Assembly (NCBI GenBank): GCA_024679065.1
Contig: JAGIQG010000009.1
Span: 107,508,001 to 107,572,000, forward strand
Direction of reading: 5' to 3'
DNA length: 64,000 bases
Origin: Sphyrna mokarran
Taxonomy: Eukaryota
Part shown: piece by piece, positions 48,301 to 59,315 of the stretch
Position numbering within the stretch: position 1 is the stretch's first letter
Layout of the letters: every line of letters starts with the position of its first letter
Program-made: the position numbers and the translations under genes
The notes under the pieces: generated by a model
The model's input: the letters and a program-made list of their open reading frames with translations, nothing else
Database searches by the model: none
What the model was told of the DNA's origin: nothing

Positions 48301-51300
48301 TTGAAATTGTTCCAATAAATTTCCCTTCTGCATTTCCAAATATTATTTCCGTTCTTATAAAGTATGGTGACCAGAATTGGACACAATTGTTATTTGTTTA
48401 TTAGTATCACAAGTAGGCTTACAGTAATACTGAAATGAAGTTGCTGTGAGAATCCTCTGTTCGCCACACTCCTGCTCCGATACACTGAGGGTGAATTAAG
48501 CATGGCGCATGCACCTAACCAGATGGGGAGAATATGCACCGGCAGTGACCCAAGTTGGGAATTGAACCTCGTGCTATGAGACAGCAATGCTACCCCTGTA
48601 CCACCATACTCAAGAATAATCAGAATGCTATAAAATTCGTCTTCCCTGTTTTTGTATTCAATGCAGCGATACCTGAATGCAAAGATCCGATTATCTTGTC
48701 AGTTTCCGCTCGCCTTTAACTGCTTATACACATAAACCTGCAATTCTCATCTTTTTGTACTTAATTTCACCTTTTCACTTTCCATGCTCCTGTTCGATTT
48801 TTTACAGCACTAGTTTACTGACATCTGAGATTAGCTTTCTTTTTTGTTTCGACCTACTCTGTGGGCTGCGTGATGCATCACTTCAATTTAACTCCCTGTA
48901 TTCAATGTACCTATTTACAATGCTCAATATTGTGTACGTCGTAACAATTGCCCATATAACATTTCAGAGTCCAGTCAAACACCTTTAATCTATGTTCTTG
49001 TGAAATAGGAGCAGGAGTAGGCCATCCGTCCTCTCGAGCCTGATGCAACATTCAATTAGATTAAGGCTGATCTATCTCGGTGCTTTTTTCCTGAACTATC
49101 CCTACAGCCCTTCGTTGGCTCCAATATACAAACTCTAACCACCTCTGCTGTGCACACACTGAATAATTGAGCTTCCACATTCTTCTGGGGTAGAGAATTT
49201 CAAAGGTGCAGCGCACTCAGAGGGAAGAAATTCCACCTCGTTTTAGTTCGACATGCCCTTACAGTAAGCCCCCGAAACTGAACGATTTAGCTATAAGCCT
49301 CTGCTCAAATTTCTAACTGTAGAGCACCAACTCAGTCTTCCACTACATTGAATTCTATCTGCCCTGTGTCCACCCAATCCACCAGTCCGTTTATGTTCCC
49401 TTAAAATCTCAGAACAAGCACCTTCCTGCTCATGACACTTGTTTTGCAATTTTATCATCACTGCCAACTTGTTTAAAATGATGATATCAAATAGCGATCA
49501 GAGGAATATATGATTACCGATTGAATATATTTGTTAATTTTGCTGAATAAAATACTCAAAATAAGTGTGGCGATGCTGTACTTTAAGAAATGTGTTTTAA
49601 TCATGTTCCTAGTGGCATTTTATTGGCACCGTGTTGTCTGCAACCAGTGTCCTTTATTTCTGCTTAGGGAGGATAATAGACATTATGCTAATTTTAATCT
49701 GGACCAATATAGTGTTCTGTGGTTTATTGGTCTTTTGGGGACTGTTGAGCTTGATTTGAGATTGATCGATGGTTTAAAATAATTAGGGAACGCGATGTTT
49801 CAGAAGAAAAGTGCAGTTTCACTTTTATTTGAGTTGCTGCTAGAAAGAAGACAATGTCTCTATCTCTATCTCTCTCCAGGTGCTTGTTGCAAGTTTCAGG
49901 ACTGAAAGCCTCAGAGATTTAATCCAACATTTAAAGGACCAATTCACAGTCAGTATAAAAAGCTTAAAGTCCACTAATTTTGTGCCAAGTTTCGAGAAAT
50001 GTTTACATAGGTGGAATGATGTTTGACTTGAAATAATATAGGTAGCTAGTTGTAAAGGTTCATATTGTGTTGTGTTTAATTCGTATAATTGGTAAAATTT
50101 ATGCCAAATCTTTTTGTTCTGTTTTAACTGTATACTTAAATAAACTTCATTTGATAAAATCTTCTTAGTGTTTCACTTGAATCATACATCAGCAAAAATA
50201 AAGGACACTTGTTGTAGACAACACGGTGCCCATAAAATTTTAATAGGAAGATGTCTGAAATGCATTTATTAAAGACACAGAATCATCACACTTGTGAGTA
50301 TTTTACTTAGCAAAATTAACACATATTCAATCCATAATCACATATTTCTCTGATCAGTATTTGATTCAATTATTTTAAACAAATTGATGACCAGATGAAA
50401 TTGCGGAACGAGTGGTGTTATGAGCAGGAAAGAGCTTGTTCTTAATGTCTTATGTTCACCCCATGCCAAAATCAAAAGTAAAATTTAGGGTCTGTGATAA
50501 CTTCATAAAATACTTTGCAGTTAACACAAGAAAGAGATTTCATTCTGGCCATTATGGAGAATACCCTATATCTTTCAGAATCAAAGTTGTCTTGAAGTAG
50601 AGTTACAATTCAGATTGAGCGATGGAGCTGTTAATTCACTGTTTCGATGCAATACTTTTGTATCGGCAGCACAATGGTACAATGGTTAGCACTGCTACAC
50701 TGCAGTGTCACGGACCCAGGTTCGATTCCCGAAGTGGATCATTGTCTGTGCAGAGTTTGCAATTTCTCCCCATGTCTACACAGATTTCCTCTGGTGCTTT
50801 GGTTTCCTTCCACAGTCCTAAAATGTGCAGGCTAGGCGGATTGGGCATACTAAATTGCCCCTTCGTGTTAGGGTGAGTTGCTCGGGTAAATGCATAGTGT
50901 TATGGGGATACGGTGTGGGTGGGATTGTGGTTGGTGCAGACTCAATGGGCCGAATGGCCTCCTTCTGTGCTGTAGGATTCTATGATGCTATGCTGAGATT
51001 TCACCCTGACCTTCATTCGAAAGGAAAAGTCTATTAAAAATCTAAATGCTTCTATAATTGTAATGTGGTACGCCTTTCTTACCTGCGCTTCATTTCGAGT
51101 TGTTGGTGTTCTATCTGCAAAACATTTGAGATAAACATATTACATTTATGCAGCAAAGAAGGCAAGTGGAACAAATAACTCATTTTTTCTGATGAATCAA
51201 GTAATCTCTCAATAATAATACAAAGTCAAAATAAAGTTCTACAGTCAAATCTGAATCCATAACTTTTCTTTGCGCAAGCGCATCTACCATAATGTGAGAT

Positions 51301-54300
51301 TTGGGTTACCTTAAGCACAAGCCTGGAATCCTGGAAATTTTACTGGCAAAGCAATGCATAGTAAGAATTTAGCAACACCAATTTTAAATCCAACCAATTT
51401 ATTTGATAGTAAATCTGCAAAATTTTGCCTGACGAAGACAAAGAGTGTTGAAAGCTCGCAGATTTACTATCAAATAAATCAGTTGGATTTAAAATTGATG
51501 TTGTTAAATTCTTACTGAGTTCTTAACACCCCAGTCCAACGCCGGCATCTTTACATCAAGCAATACACAGGCAGAGTTTATTACTCTGGGAATATGAGTC
51601 CACATGTCAATGTGAAATTTAAATTCAATTAATAAAACAAACATATAATTAAAAGCTTGTCTCAATAATGATAACCATGAAATTACCGATTGTGGAAAAA
51701 GAAATTCATCTGTTTTGATACTTTGTCTTAGGAATCGCTCTAAACTAATGTTGCCTTGATGACACCAGACCCACAGCAATGTACTTAACTCTGAACTGCC
51801 ACCTGAAATGGCTCACTATACTATTCAGGTGTACCAAACCACTGCTGGAAAATTAATGAACTGCAGTCATTTACCACTGCCTTCACAAGGACAATTAGGA
51901 CGGACCACATGCTGGCCTTACCAGCGATAGTCACATCCCGTGAAAGTATGTATACATACAGGAAATAAAACATAACTGCAATTGCATCCTGATGTTAAAT
52001 ATAAAGTGGTAAGTTACAATTTACTTCTTTGCTCTCAAGACATTATGGTGCTTTACACTGTATGCCCTGCTACAAACTAGAAATAAATAAATGAGGAGCA
52101 GGAATAGGCCATTCAAGCCTATTCCAGAATTCAATATGATCATGGCTGATCTTCTATTTCAATATTTTTGCTTCCTTCCTACACTTCTTCATTTTCAGCT
52201 TCATGCATGTGAACTGGAGCACTGATAGAGCTCTCATAAGCCCATGCACAAGCATAGAGCATAGATGTCAACTCATTCATTGTTGCTGATTTTGGAGGTT
52301 GTCCTCAAGGTTAGCACTGCCATCAGCTGCTGTAATATTCGGCGGTGACTGACTGCCCTCTCTCCGAAATTCCTCAGTGCTATCCGCGTTAGAAGGTTTT
52401 GTGCACACGCCCCACTCCACAACTTTCAATACAAAGCCTGACACTGCGGAAGAAGCGCTCTAGTGTTGCAAATGCTGGAATTGGGATGTAAGGTGAATTC
52501 AATTCTAGGTTGGCTCTCTTACCCCAAGATCTTTTAATATGAATATAAACGGTCACTGCCGACTGGCAGAGGAGTTACCACCATCGCTCCCCCATCATCA
52601 AACTCACCCCTACCCCCATTCAATCCTGCCGCCAATATTGATCACTGAGACCAAATTATCTGACTATTATCACATTCTTGTATTTAACAGCCTGTCTTGT
52701 CGATCTCCCTACAGTACATTGTGCAAGATATAGTTCTTGGGGCTAAAGGGACCAAGGGATATGGGGGGGGGGGGAGAGGGCGTGTTCAGGATTTAATTTT
52801 TATGATCAGTCTTGATCAAAATGAATAGTGGAGCAAGTTCAGTGGGCCGAATGGCCTACTTCTGCTTCGATTTTATTATTATGAAACTATTTGCTCATCA
52901 GTTCCAGAAATGCTCTCCATGTGAAGTTGTCGCCAACATCGTCACAGGCCATTGAGCCCAAAACGATTCAAGCTCTTGTTTTCTTTGTGATATTGTGCAG
53001 TCGATGCTTAGCAGCGCTCACGCATCTCTACCCAAGGCTGCTTTTAAACCCTAGATATACCCAATCACTACTCACCACGATAAGACATACATGAATTACT
53101 TTGACATTTGTTGCGGCTCAAGAAGATAAGAATTGTGATTAGGAGAAGCACCAATGTAGTGACCACCAACGCTGAAGACAAAGTGATCAATTTTTGCTTT
53201 GAAGCTTCTTCCTTGCTCTCAGCCTGACCTGGGGAATATGAAAGGATTATGAATAATAACGTCCTAGTTAGTTTTTCAATGAACTGAGCCACATGTTTGG
53301 CTCATTGTAAACTCACTTTCTGACAAAAAAAGTCGATCATATGTTTTAAGTGTTTAGTTCCCTTTTCCATGATAATGTATTTATTTGATTTGATTTGATC
53401 TATCATTGTCACATGTTTTGGGACACGGTGAAAAGTGGTGCTTTTTGCATGCTATAGACAAACCATGCCGTTCATATAGTGCATAGGGGAGAAGAAAAGG
53501 AGAGACTATAGAATATAGTGTTACAGTCACACCTAGGGTGTAGAGAAAGATCAGATGTCCCATTATGTTCTGGGGCGAACCTACGACAATCTTGTCAACT
53601 CAAGAATCAGACTAATGACCTTTCACTACACTGCCTGTAATGCAATTGTATTATTTCTAAAATAAGGACATACAAACCCGGAAACCCGGTTTCCTCCGGG
53701 TGCTCCTGTTTCCTCCCACAGTCCAAAGATGTGGGGGTTAGGATGATTGGCCATGCTAAAAATTGCCCTTTAGTGTACGAGGATGCTTAGGTTAGAGGGA
53801 TTAGTGAGTAAAATGTGTAGGTGTATGGGGGCAGGGCCTGGGTGGGATTGTGGATGGTGCAGACTCGATGAGCTGAAGAACCTCTTTCTGCACTGTAGGG
53901 GCCTATGATTCTATGATTTTGTTGTAAAGAGCTCCACAGGTTCATCATCTTCTGAGCGAAAATACTTCTACTTACCTCAGTCCTATATGACCTACTCCAA
54001 ATTATGAGACTGAGATGTCTGCAGCCAGAAAAATGACCAAACCTGCAGCCAGTCTGTCCAGCCCTGACAAACTGTGCATTTCAATGAGAGTCTCTCTCAT
54101 TCTTCTCAATTTCAGTGAATCTGAACGCAGTTGACCAAAGCTTCCCTCCTACAGCAATCGTGTCAACTTAAGAATCAATCTAATGACCTTTCACTGCACT
54201 TGCCTCTAATGCAATTATATAATTTCTTAAATAAAGACACACAAACTGTAAACAATACTGCGAATGTGGACTCATCGAGGTCTTGTAAAGCAGCAATATG

Positions 54301-57300
54301 ACATTCTGCTCCTGTACTCAAAACATATTGCAGTGAAGGCCGACATGCCATTTGGCTCCCTAACCCGTTTCTGTACCTGCATGCTTGCTTTCAGTGAGTG
54401 GTGTACCATGTCGCCCGAGTCTCTTTGTGCATCAACGTTTGCCAATCTCTCACCATTTAAATAATATTCTGCCATTCCTTTCTTCTTCCAAAGTGAACAA
54501 CTTCCCATTTACGCACGTAATACTGCATTGCCATGTATTTTCCAATTGACACAACTTGATCAAGTCACCACGAAGCCTCCTAATATCCTCCTCACTACTC
54601 AACTTCTCACTACGCTTCTCTTCATCAACAAATTATAGAAAGATTGCTTTAAGTTTCTGCATCATCCAATTGATGTGCATTGTGAATAGTTAGGACCTGT
54701 GCATTGCTCTCTGTGAGATTTCACTAGTTATGCCTGCTAGTTCGAAATAGACCTATTTATTCCTGTTTTCTGTTTCCTTTGTGCTAACAAATTCTCAACA
54801 ATCCCGTTCCCCACCCTTACTCCTATCCCATATGTTTCAATTTTGTACACTGATACCTTTTGTGGGACTTTACCAGAAGCCTTCAGAAAATCCAAATAGA
54901 CGTATCCACTGGTTATAATTTACCTATGCTACTCGTAATGTCCTCAGAATTTTGAGTAGTATTTTCAAATATAATTTCCCTTTCATAAATCCATATTGAC
55001 GTTGTCTAATTCCTTTTATATTCTCCAGCAGTCCTGTTGTTACATCCTTCATAATAGAGTCCAGCATTTTCCCTGCTTCTTACCTTAAACTAACTTGTCT
55101 ATTTTTTCCCTCGCTCATTTTTTAAATAACAATGATACATGTAAGACCCTTCAATCTGCCAGGACTGTCTAGAATCTGCAAAATTTTGATGATAACAACC
55201 AATACATGCATCATTCCCATAACCAACACCTTTGTTACCCTAACATGTAGATTATCAGGTCTGGATTTTTTTTTTGTTTTCTGCCCATTTATTGCTCCAA
55301 CATTATTTTTCTATTATTGCTAATTCCCTCAAATTCCTCTTTCCTACTGTAATCTAGATTCCTTACCATTTCTTGAAATTTATTTGTATCTTCCCCCCAA
55401 GGAGACAAGAAAAATACACTTGTTTGATTGTTCTGCTATTCCGTTGTTCTCTGTTATAAATTCTACTCTTTCTGACTATAAGGGACCTACATTTGTCTTC
55501 ATTATTGTCTTTCTTTTTATATGTTTGCAGAAGCTTTAAGTGACGACTTTTATACTTTCTGAAGGATTACTTTGATATTCCATTCTCCCTTAATCAAACT
55601 CTTAGAATTCTTTGCTAAATATTGAATTTTTCCTAATCCTCTAGCTAGCTACTTTTTCTAGCAAAGTTATAGGACTCGTATTTGGATCTAATATTATCCT
55701 TAGCCATGACATGTTTTGGTCATTTTCCTTTTTTTGCTTTTGCACCAGAAAGCGATATATAAAGGCTGCAATGCATATCTTATTTCATTGAGTATTAGCC
55801 ATTGCTTAGCCCCATCGTGCCTCTTAATGAAGTTCCACAACCTACCATAGTCTATTCATAGGAACAATAGAAACCATAGAATCCTTACAGTGCAGAAGGA
55901 AGCCATTCGGCCCGTCGAGTTTGCACCAGCCACAATTGCATCAGCTCCTATTCGCGTAGCTCCACTAACTTAGCCTGCTAGCCTCCCTGAAACTGAGTCA
56001 ATTTAGCATGGCCAATCAATCTAACCCGAACATCTTTCCATCTTAATGAAAAATTCTGTCATGTTACCGATATTATTCTCTAAATGATCACGCCCAAGAA
56101 AATAATTAATTGCCCCAATGTCACTGTATAATTACAAATCTATGATGACGTGTCTCCTCGCTGAACAAACTGGTTAAAAAAGAACTCGTACACACTCCAG
56201 GAATTCATATGCCACAGTATTATTGCTAATTTGCTTTGCTTAATTAATATGTAGATTATTTTGCATTCGTCCACGTGGTGCAGGCTTCCATCTCATTGCT
56301 CTTCTCTAATTGCCCTTCAGTAATATGGCCTGCTGAACCATCTAGAATCATAGAATCCCACAGAAGAAGACCAGTCGGGCCCATCGAGTTTGCACCGACC
56401 ATAATCCCATCCAGACCATTTCCCCGTAAATTTATCCTAGCTAGTCTCCCTAACCTAAAGGGAAATTTACTATGGCCAATCCACCTAAGCTGCAAGGGAG
56501 AACTATGATGGGAAACTCGAACGAAACCCTTGCAGACATGGGGAGAATGTGCAAACTCTACACAGACGGTGACACAAGCTGGGAATTGAAACTGGGTTCC
56601 TGGCGAAAGAACAGCAGCGCTAACCACTGTGCCACCGTCTCGAGTCTTTAGCCTTCCATTTTTAACATTTTTACATATTTTCTGTGCCTATATCTCATGG
56701 AACTAGAGAACGGGGTTAAGAAACCTATCAGCCGTGATCAAATAGCAGTGCAGACTCGATGGGTTGAATAAGCCTAATTCTGCTCCTATATCTTATAGTA
56801 ATATGGCCCTCTATCTCAGATGCTGCGGCTGCAATGGTCAACATCGATAACAAGGCAGTAAACCATGGAGGAATTTGAATACAAGAATGAAGATTTCAAA
56901 ATCCTCATCCAGGGCCGTCAATCAAGCTTAACAAAAATAGAATGAATGGTGAATGCGGTTGTGAGCAACTTAAGTTAGGAAACGAAATCTGTGGGTAACG
57001 AAGGCATGGTCAAGAATTTCTGCAGCATGGAGGCTAAGCTAGAGTTAGGGATATAAAGCAGATAGATATGCGCAATCTTTTTGATGGTACAAAAGGATGG
57101 TCAGAAACCAAATATCAGGTCCAACAAGACACCCAAGTTGGGAAATGTCTGACTCAGTTTGAGAGATTAGCCAAAATTGAGACAGTGGACATGAAGGTGA
57201 GTTTGTCACGGGGACAGAAAACGATGGCATCAACATTCCCAATATTCCATTGCCGAAAATGTCTGGTCATCCAATTCCAGTAATTAGAAACATCCCGCTT

Positions 57301-59315
57301 GAATAATACAACGGGCGGTAATAGGCTGCTTCTACCTCACATACCACCTGGATGGAAAGACGACTAGCTCCATGCCGACCATCCCAAAAGCCATAATGCA
57401 CTACGGAGCTCTTTAGCCAGAGCTACCCGTTCATCCTTGTACCCAACACATCTAATTGCATTGGCCCCTCAATTGCATTGAGCTCCATCAGTCTCGACAA
57501 AGCCAGGAAGGCGTAAATTGCAGCTATCTGGACTGCAGATAAACACCCACATCCCAGTGCCTTCGGAGAACGTAATTCTAGGTTCTTGGTCCAAAAGAAT
57601 TTGATCCTGTTCGGGGCCATTGTAGAGTTGGGGGGAGGGCGGGGAGTGAGAGTGTTGGATTCAAGAGAGGAAGCGGGTAGGAAGGAGAGGGCGCAATTTT
57701 CAATCTAGGAGACCGCCCCTATATTGGGCTTTACTCCATTTCAGGGTAAAAACCGGCCTTTTTGCCCATGCCAAACGCATTATGTCTAGAAACAAAAATC
57801 GGACAGTCTCACATGCAATTTGCACATTCAACTCTATACCCAGGCTAACATAGAAACAATTTTGAAATATACGCTTTAATGGAGTACACGTTAAACAAAT
57901 AATTAGTATAGAATTGAATAATGAGCATTAATCTCTATGGATTCAAAATGAACACGTTGCTCGTGACTGTTATCTCAGAATTGCAGAGTGGATGTTGTAG
58001 GAATAAGTAGTTTGATCTGTTACTGAAAAGAATAAATGTAAAGAAAGGCAGATGGTAGCAGAGAGGAACGTACCTTTAACGGTTACTCGTGTGCCACTTC
58101 CAGTTCTTTTGTCAATTTGCAGCAAATCGTATTCGCAATAATACATTCCGGAATCATTCCGATTTGCCTCCATGACTGTAATTTGGCTGCTGTTTAAAGT
58201 TTGTGTATGTTTCTGCAAAACTCGGCCTACAAATCCTTCAGATGTGTTCGTAACCAAAATCTTTTCACGATCTAATGCCTGCTTGTACCACTGGATTCCA
58301 AAGGCTCCTGACACGTTAGACGCAGTATATGTGCAGGAGATGTGAAATTCCTCCCCTTCTATTACTGCGATAATCTCTGGGCTTTGAGTTACTTTGACGT
58401 CGGCAATAGCAGCAGCTGCAATGCAGAGATTCCAGTTATACTTGTTAGACAAACCTACTCTTTTTCTTAAACTATTGTCCTGACACCATGCTAATAATTC
58501 AGCTGCGGCTAACGGCAAATTCAAACAAAGAATTCCCACTCACATCCCCTGGCCTTCAGTAGGAAGATGACCATTGAATTTTCTATATGAACCATTTTGG
58601 TGTGAACAATTCTTTCTTCCCCTGCAGCCTTTAACCTTGATCAATTTTGTGGATTAACGCCACATCCAAGTTCGCATCTGAGCATGTGCATACTAAATCT
58701 TGCCATCTTCTTGATGCCTATTGAGTCAGTCTGAGACTGTTAAAGACTAATACAAGCACAATATTGCGATTTCTGGAAATCTGACATAAAAGCACAAATG
58801 CTGAATAAACTCGGCAGATCCAGCAGCACTTCTGGAGAGGGAAAAAGGAGTTAACATTACCAGAAGTCCAACATCGCCTCCCACAGTGGACTGGAAACGA
58901 AAACTAAACATGCGGCCAGCCCTACTCAATTCATCCAGAGTTTTCTGTTTCTATTTATTTTAACAGTCAATGTAAAAGCCCTCCCAGCACTTCTCTACTC
59001 ACTTCATCAGAAGTCCTGTTGAACATGTTAGGAACAGCACCAGGCAACACCAATTATCAGGTGACGAAATGGTATCGATACAATACACGCAAGCCAAATG
59101 ATAGAAGCAATGTGATATCAATACTCATCTATCCAAAACTAACGGATCACATCCAACCTCTGCAGATCTGCTCTAACAACTTCTCAATGACAATTGCTGT
59201 GCAATAAATGTTGTCCTTTTTGGAGAAACCCATTTCCCATTAACAAATGTAACATGAAATGCAACTAAGTTCAAGACTTACCAGAAATTAGCAGGACACC
59301 CATAATTGGATACAT
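45106..59315 (-). CDS. Gene B: NCR3/NKp30-like VJ-type Ig receptor, one V domain, uncharged TM, two ITIMs (~243 aa); exons 59282-59315, 58074-58415, 53100-53228, 51083-51114, 45106-45300
   Basis: Five phase-compatible GT-AG exons total 732 nt, open to TAG at 45106-45108; collinear with gene A. Confidence 0.85.
51083..51114 (-). CDS. Gene B cytoplasmic micro-exon (NRTPTTRNEAQ)
   Basis: ttgcag|AT...CAG|gtaaga; 32 nt. Confidence 0.8.
51360..51557 (+). mobile_element. Penelope-like element terminus with an inverted pseudo-LTR, specific to unit B
   Basis: 59-bp inverted arms 51360-51418 and 51458-51516; ccccagtccaacgccggcatct end; AAGCAAT flanks both sides; empty site near 8957. Confidence 0.7.
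51423..51462 (+). ncRNA. Putative minimal type I hammerhead ribozyme
   Basis: UUUGC-CUGACGA-A-GACA(loop)UGUU-GAAA-GCUC-GCAGA; palindromic AGCU helix III. Confidence 0.5.
53100..53228 (-). CDS. Gene B stalk/transmembrane exon (GQAESKEEASKQKLITLSSALVVTTLVLLLITILIFLSRNKCQ)
   Basis: attccccag|GT...CAAA|gtaatt; 129 nt, phase 1-1. Confidence 0.86.
53683..53917 (+). mobile_element. 5'-truncated, fairly young HE1-type SINE specific to unit B
   Basis: ggtttcctccgggtgctcc...ctatgattctatga. Confidence 0.8.
58074..58415 (-). CDS. Gene B Ig V exon (V4), VJ-type, NKp30-like
   Basis: cattgcag|CT...AAAG|gtacgt; 342 nt; DSGMYYC...GSGTRVTV. Confidence 0.92.
59282..59315 (-). CDS. Gene B signal peptide exon (MYPIMGVLLIS)
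   Basis: agcATG...TCT G|gtaagt. Confidence 0.82.

Noticed and set aside
15588-58415. Rearranging Ig/TCR/IgNAR V segments
   Set aside because: The J-like G strand is already in the V exon, no heptamer-nonamer RSS flanks it, there are no D, J or C1 exons, and V splices directly to a TM exon
58882-58909. CACAGTG followed by 12 nt and an A-rich stretch, as an RSS
   Set aside because: Only 5/9 match to the nonamer, intronic, inside a repeat and not conserved in paralogues
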